32,127 nt of DNA from a bacterium (GCA_040752695.1 JBFMGO010000071.1:1-32127); one strand, 5' to 3'. Positions 15,985 through 27,088 are shown, counted from the first letter of the stretch. The notes: a model not told the origin generated them from the sequence alone. Program-made: numbers and translations.

Positions 15985-18630
15985 TCCTGAGATGAGAGAA
16001 GCAAGATTGGTGAGAATGCGGGGCAAGACAAGACCTCCCGGGGATGCCAGGTATTTGGGTTCCCATACGGGGGTAAATTTCTCCTTGTATCGTCTAAGGC
16101 CCTGGAAGTTATAGAAATGTTCCCCATGACGGAAAATAAATGATCCAAGCCTGTTCCATCGGGGAGCCAGTGTCCGGCTCTCAAGCCCTGACAAGGGAGC
16201 CATGCCCATGTTGAACCATGCGTACCCTTCTGTCTTGCCCCAGAGAATAAGTTGCGTGAACAGGTAATCCATGACTCCGTCAGGGGCATCAGGAAGATAA
16301 CGCATCAGATCGACGGAAAATTCCTCCAGCCCCGCTCCAGGCCAGATATTGGCAAAGGCCACGGTCTTCCCCCCCTTGCTCACCAGTGCGGCAGGAAACA
16401 TTTTCAGGTACTCAGGAGTAAAGGATCCGAGGGAGAAGCGTTTTTCCCTGGTATCTTTCTCCTTGAGCCAGGCATCGGATATCTCTTTCAGCTCCCCCAG
16501 GCGGCCTGAAACTTCCACCGGTGGAATGAGTTCAAAGGTGAACCCCTCCTTGTCAAATTTATGCAGGATATAGCGAAACCCCTTCCGGTTACTCCCTTCA
16601 AGGGAAAAACGCTCAACCGAAATCCTGGCCTCCTCTCCGAGCTTGAGCAAAGTAAGGCCAAGATCAAGATAAAGATGGAGATTTTTCGCCTCGTAGAAGA
16701 CAGCCCATCCGCCATAGCGGTCACACATCTCGCGGAACTGCCAGACCAGGTCCACACGCTCTTCCTCAGGGCCGACCGGATCACCCATGGCTATCCAGCT
16801 TCTGCCTTCGACGCCGTACATGATAAAAGCTTTCTTGTTCTGATTGAACAAAAACGCCTTATCCCCGAGCAGGGCAAGATTGGCCGATGATCTCGGTGAT
16901 TCCGAGATAACGGCCCGGACCGTGTCCAGGTCAGCAGCTCTTGAATACGCAAATCCCGGCCTGCCAGGCTGCAGCAACCTGGACAGGGCAAAGAACAGAG
17001 CAACACTGATAACCCCCACCGTGGCCCGCAGGAATCGGGGTGCATCACCCAAAAGAGCGAAGCGCCACCATAATTGATTCGAGTACTCAATATGCTTGTA
17101 GGAAAAAAGCCCCAGCCATACCGAGCCAAGAAGAACCAGAATAATGGCCGTAATCCAGCCAGTGGTAAACCGCTGGCTGATGAGGGATGCCTTGCGGTAG
17201 AAATGCCTGCGGCAGGGCAAAAGCGCAGCCAGCATAATGGAGAGAATAGTCGCCTCTTTATAATCGAATCCTTTGAGCAGGGAGAAGAAAATCCCTGCAC
17301 CCAAAAAGGATGTCGTGAGAACATAGGCGGCATCGAGTCTGCGTTGCAGGCCCCGGGCCAGGAGAATCAGCCCTACGCCGGCCAGACTGCCCAGAAAGTG
17401 GGAAATTTCCGTTACCGGCAGGGGAAGAAAACGGCTCAGCCACAGAACACGCGGTCCGGCTTCCGGCGTGGCGCCGGAAAAAAGGAGAACTGCACCGCCG
17501 ATGAAGGCGGTGAAAGCAAGTACATGCGGCACCAGTTCCGGAACCCAGTGGCCAAACAGACGGGCGATCCGGGCGATCCGGGCGATCCCCTGCTTCCTTT
17601 CGAGCGCCTCATGTGCCCCAAGCAGCGCCGCTGCCGCTCCCAAAGGACACAGGTAGAATATCCCCCGGAAAGCCAGCAGGGAGCCGAGAATCACGGAAAC
17701 CGGTAAAACGGGCGAGAGGAAAAAAATAACGACCGTCTCAAAAACCCCAAGCCCGCCAGGAACCTGACTGATGATACCCGCACTCTGGGCCAGTATATAG
17801 ATGCTTAAAAACACAGGAAAAGAAAGTACCGGAGGAAAAAGCACATAAAGCGCGCCTGAAGATATAATCCATTCCAGGGAAGCGAGTGCAATCTGGAGGC
17901 ATGAAACTCTGGGCACAGGGAGGCTGAATTCCCACTCCGAAATTCTGATCGGCTTCTTTCTTACGGCTCCCAGCATCAGGTACACGGCAACCAGCCCAAG
18001 AAAAATCATCCCGAGAGGCCGGACTGAAGTGAAGCGAAGAAAGTGAAGAGAGGGTGGAATGTTCACCGGCCTGAACAGAAAAACAGTGCCTGCAACCGTC
18101 AGGAATCCGAGATTGAAGGTCAGGGCATTAAAGATGATCACTTTGCCGATCTCGGCGGCCGAAAGCCCCCATCCTGAGTAGAGCCGGTAGCGTATCGGCG
18201 CGCCGCTGGCCAGAGGCAGTCCGATATTCTGGCTGAAGGCATAACTGATAAAAGAGGCCAGTGCGGTCTTGACGTAAACAACCGGATGTCGAATGTAGTG
18301 CAGGGAAAGGCTGTCATTTGCGGTCAGGAGCAGATAACTCAGTATGGTCAAACCAGATGCCAGAAAGATGCGGTGGACGGGAAGCACTGCCAGTGTGCTC
18401 ATCACCTGATGGTAATTATACCCCTTTAGCGCGCGATGAAGTGTCCAAAGGGCTATCGTGAAAAGGATGATGATATACAGAGGAATAAAACTGCGGAGGA
18501 CCGAGGCTGCCTTCCTTACACCGGCAGAAGAAACATCCTTATCCCTGGTGAGGTTATCGGCTGATGACAATGGCTGTCTTTCTTTTGTAGACTTTCGGCA
18601 TTCCGTTTCCCGGCGCGTGAGATAATGCAA
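15958..18630 (-). CDS. mprF: Bifunctional aminoacyl(lysyl)-phosphatidylglycerol flippase/synthase MprF
   Basis: Many TM segments, RYRLYSGWG, SQVPGGLGVFE, NLALLGDK, MGDPVGP, DLMRY, GMAPLSG, FYNFQGLRRYKEKF. Exact start uncertain. Confidence 0.95.
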   Translation of the reverse strand: MHYLTRRETECRKSTKERQPLSSADNLTRDKDVSSAGVRKAASVLRSFIPLYIIILFTIALWTLHRALKGYNYHQVMSTLAVLPVHRIFLASGLTILSYLLLTANDSLSLHYIRHPVVYVKTALASFISYAFSQNIGLPLASGAPIRYRLYSGWGLSAAEIGKVIIFNALTFNLGFLTVAGTVFLFRPVNIPPSLHFLRFTSVRPLGMIFLGLVAVYLMLGAVRKKPIRISEWEFSLPVPRVSCLQIALASLEWIISSGALYVLFPPVLSFPVFLSIYILAQSAGIISQVPGGLGVFETVVIFFLSPVLPVSVILGSLLAFRGIFYLCPLGAAAALLGAHEALERKQGIARIARIARLFGHWVPELVPHVLAFTAFIGGAVLLFSGATPEAGPRVLWLSRFLPLPVTEISHFLGSLAGVGLILLARGLQRRLDAAYVLTTSFLGAGIFFSLLKGFDYKEATILSIMLAALLPCRRHFYRKASLISQRFTTGWITAIILVLLGSVWLGLFSYKHIEYSNQLWWRFALLGDAPRFLRATVGVISVALFFALSRLLQPGRPGFAYSRAADLDTVRAVISESPRSSANLALLGDKAFLFNQNKKAFIMYGVEGRSWIAMGDPVGPEEERVDLVWQFREMCDRYGGWAVFYEAKNLHLYLDLGLTLLKLGEEARISVERFSLEGSNRKGFRYILHKFDKEGFTFELIPPVEVSGRLGELKEISDAWLKEKDTREKRFSLGSFTPEYLKMFPAALVSKGGKTVAFANIWPGAGLEEFSVDLMRYLPDAPDGVMDYLFTQLILWGKTEGYAWFNMGMAPLSGLESRTLAPRWNRLGSFIFRHGEHFYNFQGLRRYKEKFTPVWEPKYLASPGGLVLPRILTNLASLISGGIRGVVAK
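17562..17588. repeat. In-frame 9-bp tandem repeat x3 in mprF
   Basis: (gggcgatcc)3, encoding GIARIARIAR. Confidence 0.9.
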
Positions 18631-18642
18631 ACGAATGGCTGA

Positions 18643-20085
18643 TTATTCCACTTTCGTTTTTTGCTCATTGGCAAGGACCTTGCAGATCCACTTCTCCTTC
18701 TGATCGGCATACATAAAGTGCAAAAGATTATAGGCAAGCTGGTTGAAAGTTTTCTTGCTGGCAAGTTCCAGTTTCTTGCCTGCTGGAAAATCGGTTTTCA
18801 GGGGGTTGATATATTCGTTGTAATGTTTCACCCGGTAGTCCAGATGGGGTCCGGTTGAAAGGCCGGTCGTGCCGACAAAGCCAATTACCTGCTTTTGCGA
18901 AACCCGGACACCCTTTTTTATTCCCTTGCCAAATCGGGAGAGGTGATTATAACAGGTTTGATACCCGTTCATATGCCGGACAATTACCTGATTTCCATTG
19001 CCCCCCTCATACCCGGCCGAGGTAACCACGCCGTCAGCAACCGACCAGACAGGTGTTCCTGATGGAGCAGCATAGTCAATCCCTAAATGAGGACGGACAT
19101 ATCCGAGAATGGGATGCAGTCTGTGGTAGGTATATCCTGAGCTGATATAGTTAAATTGCAGAGGAGCGCGCAGAAAGGCCCTGCGCAGGGATACTCCTTT
19201 TAAATCGTAATAATCTCTCCTGCCGAGTTCGTCCTCAAAGAGAACGGCCTGGTGGAGGCCGCAGGCACCGTTGTATTCGGCAGCGAGAATATCTCCATAC
19301 TCGATGAAGGTGCCCTTCAAAAAATATTTTTCTACGATCAGCCGGAATTTGTCTCCTTTTTTGAGCTCATTGTGAAAGTCGATCTTCCAGGCGAAAATAT
19401 CGGCAAATTTGGTGGCTAAAGCAGCGTCTCCGCTTGCAGCCATAATGGATTGAAACAATGAGCCCTCCATCTGCCCCGAAAAGGTGACCCAGTATTTTTC
19501 GAGCTCTACCTTTTTCCTGAAACCATCGTACTTGCCATCCGAGCCGCGCTCAATAATATACGTTTCGATGGGTCCTGTACGGTATTCAAACCGGTGGAGG
19601 TTTTCTTCCGGATCGAGGGTCAGGACGAAAGAATCTCCCGGCATAATGGTATTCATGGGCACCATAGGCCGCAAGTGCTCGATAATAGTGTGAATGATGG
19701 ATTTTTTTATCTTTTTATCCAGCAGGGAGTTGTAGAGCGTGCCCCCTTTTTCAAGAACGCCGTCCACTTTGCGGAAATGTATCTTGGCGATATCTGCTTC
19801 TGCGGAGCGAGGCCTGAATGGCGATTTGCTGGAAACGGGGAATGATTCCGGCAGGTCCTGGCTCTGGACCAGAGCCTGACTTTCCGATTCATCCTGGCTG
19901 ATGAGCAACTCCTCATCATGAACCGGCGTTGGAGCCGAGGCAATTCGGGAAGGAACGGAAGAAAACATCATGGCCAGACAAATGCTGGTCAGAACGCACA
20001 GAATGAGAAAAAGGAGCAATTGCAGCCCTTTTCTCTTCTTGCGCTGCTTTTGGTATCTCGTTAAAAATGGTTGATATATTACCAC
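18643..20085 (-). CDS. M23 family peptidoglycan DD-endopeptidase (MepM-like)
   Basis: N-terminal TM, RLHPILG, HLGIDYAAP (HxxxD), STGPHLDY, INPL. Confidence 0.92.
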   Translation of the reverse strand: MVIYQPFLTRYQKQRKKRKGLQLLLFLILCVLTSICLAMMFSSVPSRIASAPTPVHDEELLISQDESESQALVQSQDLPESFPVSSKSPFRPRSAEADIAKIHFRKVDGVLEKGGTLYNSLLDKKIKKSIIHTIIEHLRPMVPMNTIMPGDSFVLTLDPEENLHRFEYRTGPIETYIIERGSDGKYDGFRKKVELEKYWVTFSGQMEGSLFQSIMAASGDAALATKFADIFAWKIDFHNELKKGDKFRLIVEKYFLKGTFIEYGDILAAEYNGACGLHQAVLFEDELGRRDYYDLKGVSLRRAFLRAPLQFNYISSGYTYHRLHPILGYVRPHLGIDYAAPSGTPVWSVADGVVTSAGYEGGNGNQVIVRHMNGYQTCYNHLSRFGKGIKKGVRVSQKQVIGFVGTTGLSTGPHLDYRVKHYNEYINPLKTDFPAGKKLELASKKTFNQLAYNLLHFMYADQKEKWICKVLANEQKTKVE

Positions 20086-20103
20086 GTTAATATTATAGGG
20101 GAC

Positions 20104-21546
20104 CTATCTCATCAGTTTCCGTTGCAAAATCTCGTTGACTAAAGCAGGGTTAGCTTTTCCAGAGGTTGCCCTCATCACTTGCCCCACTAAAAATCCCATC
20201 GCCTGTTTCTTCCCCTTTTTCCAATCTTCCACAACCGATGGATTTTCAGTCAAAATGTGATCAATAATCTTTTCCAGTTCAGCCTCGTCCGAAATTTGAA
20301 TAAGCCCTTTTTCACGCACAATCTGCTCAGCGGGTTTTCCCGTCTCGAATATCTCTTCAAAAATTGGCTTTGCTATTTTATTATTTATTATACCTTGCTC
20401 GATCATTTTGAGCAAGTCCGAAAGTGCTTTTGGACTCACAGGACTTTTCGAAATATCGATATTCCTGCTGTTCAGCTCACGCAGGACATCTCCCATAAGC
20501 CAGTTGCTCACCACTTTCGGATGGGGGAACAGGGCTACGCATGCTTCGTAATAATCGGCCAGAGCCTGCGTTGCACTCAAAACCCCGGCATCATACCGCG
20601 GGATCTGATAATCCCGGACAAACCGCTCTACCTTGGCCTCAGGCAACTCCGGCAGGCAGGAGCGTATCTTTTCGGTCCATTCATGGTCTATATGCAGGGG
20701 AACCAGATCGGGTTCAGGGAAATAGCGGTAATCGTGAGCCTCTTCCTTGCTGCGCATGGAAACGGTTCGATTCTGTTCGGTATCCCACAACCGGGTCTCC
20801 TGCACAACTTTTTCTCCTGCTTCCAACAGGTTGATCTGCCTCTGGACCTCATATTCCAGCGCCTTTTGCAGAAAGCGGAAAGAGTTCAGGTTCTTTATCT
20901 CCGCCTTTGTCCCTAATCCCTGAGCACCCACGGGCCGTACGGAGACATTGCCGTCACACCGAAGACTCCCCTCCTCCATATTGCCATCACAGACCCCGAG
21001 GTACTGCACAATACTCCTCAGCTTCTGGAGATACTCCCGCGCCTCCTGCGGTGAGCGGATGTCGGGTTCGCTGACTATTTCGATCAAAGGGACGCCGGTA
21101 CGGTTAAAATCGACGTAACTTTTGTTAGCCGAAACGTATCCTTCGGCATGGACCAGTTTTCCTGCATCCTCTTCCATGTGGATACGGGTTATGCCTATCT
21201 TTCTGACGCGATCGTTCTCGTCGGTGATCTCAATATATCCGTGCTCGGCCAGAGGAGCCGCAAATTGCGATATCTGATAGGCTTTGGGCAGGTCAGGATA
21301 AAAATAGTTTTTCCGGTCGAATCTGCACCATTCATTGATCCGGCAGTTCATGGCCAGAGCTGCCTTGATGGCGTATTCCACTACCTTGCGGTTTAAAACG
21401 GGAAGTACGCCCGGAAACCCAAGACAGACGGGGCATACCTGAGAATTGGGCGATGCGCCGAAAGCCGTGCTGCAACCACAAAAAATCTTCGATTTGGTCA
21501 AAAGTTGGGCATGAACTTCAAGCCCGATAACCGCTTCATATTTCAT
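20104..21546 (-). CDS. gatB: Asp-tRNA(Asn)/Glu-tRNA(Gln) amidotransferase subunit B
   Basis: [46 protein letters not shown]. Confidence 0.98.
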   Translation of the reverse strand: MKYEAVIGLEVHAQLLTKSKIFCGCSTAFGASPNSQVCPVCLGFPGVLPVLNRKVVEYAIKAALAMNCRINEWCRFDRKNYFYPDLPKAYQISQFAAPLAEHGYIEITDENDRVRKIGITRIHMEEDAGKLVHAEGYVSANKSYVDFNRTGVPLIEIVSEPDIRSPQEAREYLQKLRSIVQYLGVCDGNMEEGSLRCDGNVSVRPVGAQGLGTKAEIKNLNSFRFLQKALEYEVQRQINLLEAGEKVVQETRLWDTEQNRTVSMRSKEEAHDYRYFPEPDLVPLHIDHEWTEKIRSCLPELPEAKVERFVRDYQIPRYDAGVLSATQALADYYEACVALFPHPKVVSNWLMGDVLRELNSRNIDISKSPVSPKALSDLLKMIEQGIINNKIAKPIFEEIFETGKPAEQIVREKGLIQISDEAELEKIIDHILTENPSVVEDWKKGKKQAMGFLVGQVMRATSGKANPALVNEILQRKLMR

Positions 21547-21602
21547 GAACTTCTCTACCTGGATTTTTAGAGCTTAAAGGATCGGCCAAAGGCGCAATCC
21601 CC

Positions 21603-23102
21603 TTATCCCTTACGCTTGATCTCAAGATTGGGGCGCTGTTTATGGTAGTCGGTATTTTGTTCGAAAGCATAGGCAGCCTGCAGGATTTTTTCCTCCTGAA
21701 AATGACTGGCCAGCAATTGCAGGCCAACAGGCATCCCGTCGCTGGAAAAGCCGCACGGGACCGAAAGAGCGGGAACCCCGGCTAAATTAGCTGAAAGGGT
21801 AAAGATATCGATCAAATACATCTGCAGGGGATCCGCGATCTTTTCTCCGATGCCAAATGCAGGGACCGGAGCCATGGGAGCAGCCAGGACATCGACTTTT
21901 TTAAAGGCTTCCTCGAAATCCCGCTTGATGAGAGTCCGGACCTTCTGGGCCTTCAGGTAATAGGCATCATAGTAGCCTGAGCTTAAGGCATAGGTTCCCA
22001 GCATGATCCTGCGCTTTACCTCTTGACCGAACCCTTTTTGTCGTGTATTCTCATACATTTCAATCAGATGAGAAAAATTCTTTTCACGAAACCCGTATTT
22101 CACACCGTCATATCGGGCCAGGTTTGAACTTGCCTCTGCCGTAGCCAGAATATAGTAAGTGGCAATGGCATACTCGGTATGCGGAAGTCTTACTTCCTCC
22201 ACTTCCGCCCCCAGGTTCTCAAGGAGTAAAATAGCCTGCCGGACCTTTTCTTCCACCTCTTTGTCCAGTCCCTCGCGGAAGTAGTCTGAAGGAATACCGA
22301 TTTTCATTCCCCGCACATCAGGAATCAGCGACTTGTGGAAAGCTCCTACAGGTTTAGGTACGGAAGTGGAATCAAAAGGATCGTATCCGCTGATAATCTC
22401 CAGCATCAAGGCGCAGTCGGTGACATTCTTGGTGATGGGGCCTATCTGATCCAGAGAGGAGGCATAAGCCACTAACCCGTATCTGGAAACCCGGCCATAG
22501 GTGGGTTTCAGGCCAACGACACCGCAAAAGCCGGCTGGCAGGCGGATGGAACCTCCCGTATCCGAGCCGAGAGCGCACAGAGCGGAATCCGCAGCCACAC
22601 AGGCGGCAGAGCCGCCGCTCGATCCGCCGGCAACCCGCTTCAGATTCCAGGGATTGCAGGTAGTACCGAAATGTGAGGTTTCCGTGGAAGAACCCATGGC
22701 AAACTCATCAAGGTTCGTCTTGCCAAGAATGATCGCTCCCTGATCCAGGATCTTTCTGACTGAAGTGGCATCATAGGGAGGAATGAAAGTACTCAGGATC
22801 TTTGAAGCGCAGGTCGTCCTCATCCCTTGAGTACACATATTGTCCTTGATCGAAACGGGTATTCCCAGGAAAAGAGAGGAATTCACCACCGTATTGCCGG
22901 ACAATATTCCATCGGCTTTTCGGGCCTGGTCCAGAGCTCTTTGCGCATCCACGGTAATGTATGCATGAATAGAGGGGTCTACCTCCTGGATACGGTCAAG
23001 CACCGAACTTACCAACTCTACGGATGAGATCTCCCTCTTTTGGAGCATTCGGGATGCTTCGTGGATAGAAAGCTGATATAATTCTTGCGCTGAATCACTC
23101 AC
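21603..23102 (-). CDS. gatA: Asp-tRNA(Asn)/Glu-tRNA(Gln) amidotransferase subunit A
   Basis: [64 protein letters not shown]. Confidence 0.98.
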   Translation of the reverse strand: MSDSAQELYQLSIHEASRMLQKREISSVELVSSVLDRIQEVDPSIHAYITVDAQRALDQARKADGILSGNTVVNSSLFLGIPVSIKDNMCTQGMRTTCASKILSTFIPPYDATSVRKILDQGAIILGKTNLDEFAMGSSTETSHFGTTCNPWNLKRVAGGSSGGSAACVAADSALCALGSDTGGSIRLPAGFCGVVGLKPTYGRVSRYGLVAYASSLDQIGPITKNVTDCALMLEIISGYDPFDSTSVPKPVGAFHKSLIPDVRGMKIGIPSDYFREGLDKEVEEKVRQAILLLENLGAEVEEVRLPHTEYAIATYYILATAEASSNLARYDGVKYGFREKNFSHLIEMYENTRQKGFGQEVKRRIMLGTYALSSGYYDAYYLKAQKVRTLIKRDFEEAFKKVDVLAAPMAPVPAFGIGEKIADPLQMYLIDIFTLSANLAGVPALSVPCGFSSDGMPVGLQLLASHFQEEKILQAAYAFEQNTDYHKQRPNLEIKRKG

Positions 23103-23124
23103 GTCTTTTCGAACTCTTTCAAAG

Positions 23125-23172
23125 AAAAAAAGGGGGTAACTGGGTAAAGATGCCGGATCGGTTACCCCCTTT
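23125..23172 (-). terminator. Intrinsic terminator after hup
   Basis: AAAGGGGGTAAC/GTTACCCCCTTT 12-bp stem with a T7 tail. Confidence 0.7.
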
Positions 23173-23191
23173 CAGACTGTGCTCCCCTTAC

Positions 23192-23464
23192 TTATTCTAC
23201 TGCGTCTCTCAAGCCTTTTCCCGCTTTAAATTTAATAGCCTTTTTAGCGGGTATTTGCAACTCCTCGCCTGTTTGTGGATTTCTACCAGTCCGGGCCTTT
23301 CGCTCAGTTACGGAATAGGTACCAAAACCAATCAATGTTACAGGCTCCCCTTTTTGCAGGGCAGTCTTGATGCCATCAGTCAAAGCTCCCAGTGCCTTTT
23401 CCGCGGCAGCTTTGCTGATGCTCGCCTCGGTAGCCATCTTATCTATCAAATCAGCTTTATTCAC
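23192..23464 (-). CDS. hup: DNA-binding protein HU
   Basis: MNKADLI...GFGTYSV...ARTGRNPQTG...FKAGKGLRDAV; GTG start after AAGGAGG. Confidence 0.96.
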   Translation of the reverse strand: MNKADLIDKMATEASISKAAAEKALGALTDGIKTALQKGEPVTLIGFGTYSVTERKARTGRNPQTGEELQIPAKKAIKFKAGKGLRDAVE

Positions 23465-23508
23465 CTACTAATTCCCTCCTTTCCTGTTTGAATTACGTTT
23501 TTTCAGTA

Positions 23509-23537
23509 TAAATATACTAAAGGCCCAGTATTGTCAA
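23509..23537 (-). promoter_or_regulatory. Putative sigma70 promoter for hup
   Basis: TTGACA-N17-TATTTA, 45 nt upstream of the start codon. Confidence 0.45.
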
Positions 23538-23999
23538 GCTTTTTTCTCAGACATGCCAGTGTTTTCCTCTCACTTTTCCGGCTCAATTCAGCTCTCTTTT
23601 TTCCCTTAAAGCTATAATATGTTGTTTTATTTACTATACTAAATACCAGGGTATAGAAAAAACCGTTTAAAGCTAAACTTTCCAAGCCGTGTACAGAAAA
23701 AACGGATTAAACGTGAACGAATAAAACAGGATAACGGGACTGTAAAATGAATCTTCTGAACAGGAAATTTCCCCCCTTCTTTTCGGAAAAGGTTTATGCT
23801 ATCATGAAAGGATTTACTTATAGCAAACCGTCCAAACTAAGGACAGGTCGCGTTCAATATGCGGCCGGTTATCGCCCCCGTTGATAAAGGGATATTTTAT
23901 TCCCTCCCTTGGTAAAGGGAGTTAGGGGGATTTTCGAGAAATGCCCCCATTCAATGACTGGCCGGAAAATTCCCAGCCGGTATACTCAAGGAGAGCACG

Positions 24000-24818
24000 A
24001 TGTCTAGGTATGCTGATAAGCTTTTCTGGATTGCTATGGCCATTATCGTCCTGGTGATCGCCTTCCTCAGTTACATTACTTTCTTTTATCAGACTTCGCC
24101 CATGCAATCAACGGCGGATGAAAACAAGCTTGTTACAGAGCAAAATCAGCCCAGGGAAATCCGGAATCTCTTTATCTGTGCTGACGAAGCCACAATCATG
24201 TCCCTCCCCAAAGAGAACAGCCAAACCGTCAAACCAGCCAGGAAAGGTGAACAGATCGCCATCGTCGGAGAAGAAAAGGACTGGTTCGAGGTAAAAATAG
24301 CGGAAGATAAAACCGGCTGGATAGAAAAGAAGTATGTTTGCGACCATCCGCCAAAAGAAGAAGCCAAACCAGGCGAAGCCAAGCCAAAACCGGTAAAGCA
24401 GGAGCCTAAACCTCAGCCCCCTAAAAAAGCGGAACTGGATAAGAGTGCCCCCATTGAAGCTCCGCCTGATTATCCTGCCGGAACGGCCGAGTCTATGGAG
24501 ACACTTGTCGATGGCTTATTTGAGCGCATCAATGCAAGGACCCAGATGCAATTCGGGCAGGCTCTTTTCGAAGATCATACCGTGCTCGATTCCGGCATGC
24601 GCCTGGAGGTAAGAGCTACCGGCATCTGGAAAGCTCTCCCCCAGAACAGCAAAGCGCAGGTGCTCCAGATCCTCTCTAACCAATACACCCTTATCGCCTG
24701 CAATATAGCCAGAGTTGCCAACTGCACTCCCAGCAATACTCCTACCATCAGTGTCATCGATGCAACCGGGCATGAGATCGCCTACCAAAACTCCAGCGGC
24801 ACACAAATCCTGGAGTGA
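24000..24818 (+). CDS. Membrane-anchored SH3b domain protein with Pro/Lys-rich linker
   Basis: N-terminal TM, DWFEVKIAEDKTGWIEKKYV, EAKP/EPKPQPP linker, unrecognised C-terminal domain. Confidence 0.75.
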   Translation: MSRYADKLFWIAMAIIVLVIAFLSYITFFYQTSPMQSTADENKLVTEQNQPREIRNLFICADEATIMSLPKENSQTVKPARKGEQIAIVGEEKDWFEVKIAEDKTGWIEKKYVCDHPPKEEAKPGEAKPKPVKQEPKPQPPKKAELDKSAPIEAPPDYPAGTAESMETLVDGLFERINARTQMQFGQALFEDHTVLDSGMRLEVRATGIWKALPQNSKAQVLQILSNQYTLIACNIARVANCTPSNTPTISVIDATGHEIAYQNSSGTQILE

Positions 24819-25037
24819 AAAACAATTGCGGAAAATAAAATGTAAAAACCTTCTTCTCCTGTAGCTGCTCTGATCGAGCCCTTCCGAATAAGAAAGCTCT
24901 AAAGGGAGTAAGCACTGTCTATCGTATGAGAGATACCCTCTTCTCCCCCATCTCCCTTCAAGAGAAAAGGAAGAAAGGGGAGTCTTTCGGGTCAGGCTCA
25001 CAAAAAAACGTACAAGGAGGCGGAAGGAAGATTATCC

Positions 25038-26633
25038 ATGCCCTACCCTACCCTTCGCACGGTGATCCGCTTTGCGTGGATGCGGCGACTCCGGCCCCTG
25101 ATAAAGGCGCTCGGCGCACTCGGCAGTCTAAAGTTCCTTTCCCCTGCTCTTCTTATCCTCATGGCAGCGGCAGCGATCTTGACCATCCCTGCCTCTTTTG
25201 TCACTGGATCAGACGCACCAGCAGTGCGAGAACCCGTGATCACAGAATCAGAAGCAACAGCAGTGCGCGAATCCGTGGCCACAAGACCAGAAGCAGTGAC
25301 AGTGCGCGAATACGCACCTCACTCCTTGCCTGCAACAACCGGCTCATCATCCCAGGACGCCGATGCGGTGCTCTCTCCCGTACCTGACCAGGTGAAGGAG
25401 GATGGCCGCATCGGATCGATTTTCCCTCTTTTCGATTTTGTGAAAAATGCCTCCTCGTCGTTTACCTTCTCGATCGAGGAGGAGTACGACAATACCGTAT
25501 ACAAGGATGCAAATGCCAATCAGCCCGGTGACTTCATTACCATTATCAAATTGGATATGAGCACAAGGCTGTCAGGACACCTTCTGGATATCAGGTTAAA
25601 CTACCAGCCTGAACAGTTACTCTTTTCACACGATGTTGACAGGAATGAATTACGGCATGAATTCAGTGCTATCCTGAATACCAGCCCGGAGGGGGGAATA
25701 ATCCTGGTCCGGAACCTGGCTTTCCTCGACCTGTCCGACACGGTCACGCGAAAGGATTTCTATTCGCGGCGGGAAACAAAGAAAGAGGATTTATCTGCCA
25801 GGCAAGCGAGTGAGAATAAGCTGAAAGTTCACCCTTACATCAGGAAAAATCTCACCAGAACCGACAGCCTGGAATGCGGATATGAGTATACCAACACCGC
25901 ATACAGCATTTCTCAGGCTACAGACCGTGAATCCAGTACAGGCTCATTGATAGTGAACAGGATATTCTCCCGGAAACTGGAAGGAAAAATCATATACCGA
26001 CTGAAAAAAGAGTTTGTCCGCAGCGGTGATTTTCATGACTACAAAAGCCAGGAGATCGGCCTTGGCCTGTCCAGGCGGGTTGGTACATCGCTGAGCCTGA
26101 CCGGCACAGGAGGGTATACCTGGCTCACATTGAGTAACGACCACAAAGACGAGAAAACCTTCTTGAGTGCCGGCCTCGATGGAGCACTTCCATTCATGAA
26201 ATCTCAGACCCTTTCCTACAGCTATGAAGAATCCTTCCAGAACAGCATCGACAGCGGCGTTTTCAGGCTCAGGAGGCATAGTCTGGGGGGGAACTATCAC
26301 CGCAGGATTCAAATCGCCTGGACACTGTTCAGTCAGAAGGAACACTACCAGGAAAGAAGATGGATAGACAGGTCGTGGGGTGCAGACGCTTCCCTGACGG
26401 TGCCCTTGCACAGAAGGGTGGACCTTAATCTTGCCGCTGAATGGACGAGCAGCGATTTTGAGCCTGAAGAGGAAGTCGTCAAGTATCGCTCCGCGAATAC
26501 CGGCCTCCTCTTCAGGCTCTCTCCCTGTTTCAAATGCGCAGTCGGATATACCTATTCCAGAAATGATTCAAATGTCAAGGCAAATGATTACCGGGACACT
26601 ACTGCCTCTGTCAGGGTAAGCATGGAGTTATGA
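25038..26633 (+). CDS. Outer membrane beta-barrel protein (exopolysaccharide/PEP-CTERM-associated barrel-like)
   Basis: SIEEEYDNTV...DFITII start of barrel, alternating beta pattern, C-terminal YTYSRNDSN...YRDTTASVRVSMEL. Start uncertain. Confidence 0.65.
   Translation: MPYPTLRTVIRFAWMRRLRPLIKALGALGSLKFLSPALLILMAAAAILTIPASFVTGSDAPAVREPVITESEATAVRESVATRPEAVTVREYAPHSLPATTGSSSQDADAVLSPVPDQVKEDGRIGSIFPLFDFVKNASSSFTFSIEEEYDNTVYKDANANQPGDFITIIKLDMSTRLSGHLLDIRLNYQPEQLLFSHDVDRNELRHEFSAILNTSPEGGIILVRNLAFLDLSDTVTRKDFYSRRETKKEDLSARQASENKLKVHPYIRKNLTRTDSLECGYEYTNTAYSISQATDRESSTGSLIVNRIFSRKLEGKIIYRLKKEFVRSGDFHDYKSQEIGLGLSRRVGTSLSLTGTGGYTWLTLSNDHKDEKTFLSAGLDGALPFMKSQTLSYSYEESFQNSIDSGVFRLRRHSLGGNYHRRIQIAWTLFSQKEHYQERRWIDRSWGADASLTVPLHRRVDLNLAAEWTSSDFEPEEEVVKYRSANTGLLFRLSPCFKCAVGYTYSRNDSNVKANDYRDTTASVRVSMEL
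25197..25316 (+). repeat. 39-bp (13-aa) degenerate tandem repeat, ~3 units
   Basis: AVREPVITESEAT / AVRESVATRPEAV / TVREY; cagtgcg(a/c)gaa recurs every 39 bp. Confidence 0.8.
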
Positions 26634-26722
26634 TTTATAAAGAAACGAGGAGCCATCAAAAGTGGGAAAAGCCCGCCTCCTCCCCTCATAACAAAGGGTT
26701 TTATTCTCTCCTGAATCTAAAC

Positions 26723-27088
26723 TCACTGCTTTTGGCTTCTGGCTTCCTGACTCGAGGCTGCCTTTTCATCAAAATGCAGCCAAAATCCCTGATAAAGCTC
26801 TATCAGTTCATCCAGGGCAAGCGGTTTATTGTTTAAATACCTCCAAAAGGAAGTGAGGATAATGTCTGACATATCGTCAGCATGAAAGATACCGAGCCGA
26901 TTGAAGTACTGAGTAAGGGGTGAAAGAGTGTGCCACAATTCCCATCGGTTCTTCAGTGAAGTTCCAAGACCATAATGAACCATGCAAATATCACTTTCTT
27001 TTTCGTTTCTGATCTCATTCACCACCAAAGATCCCAGCATTCTCTGTAACTCGATAAAGCATTCGTCTAAGTTTTTTGGAATAGCCAT
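26723..27088 (-). CDS. DUF6794-like hypothetical protein
   Basis: IPKNLDECFIEL, HYGLGTSLKNRWELW, YFNRLGIFHADDMSDIILTSFWRYLN; AGGAGGAG SD. Confidence 0.7.
   Translation of the reverse strand: MAIPKNLDECFIELQRMLGSLVVNEIRNEKESDICMVHYGLGTSLKNRWELWHTLSPLTQYFNRLGIFHADDMSDIILTSFWRYLNNKPLALDELIELYQGFWLHFDEKAASSQEARSQKQ

Noticed and set aside
23823..23874. Partial resemblance to the 3' half of a c-di-GMP-I (GEMM) riboswitch (GCAAA...CUAA...UAUG...GGUUAUCG)
   Set aside because: The 5' GNRA-capped stem with its conserved internal loop is not recognisable; an Infernal search would settle it.
23901..23934. C-rich/G-rich palindrome tccctcccttggtaaagggagttagggggatttt, REP-like
   Set aside because: Single degenerate copy in the window, so a repeat family cannot be supported.
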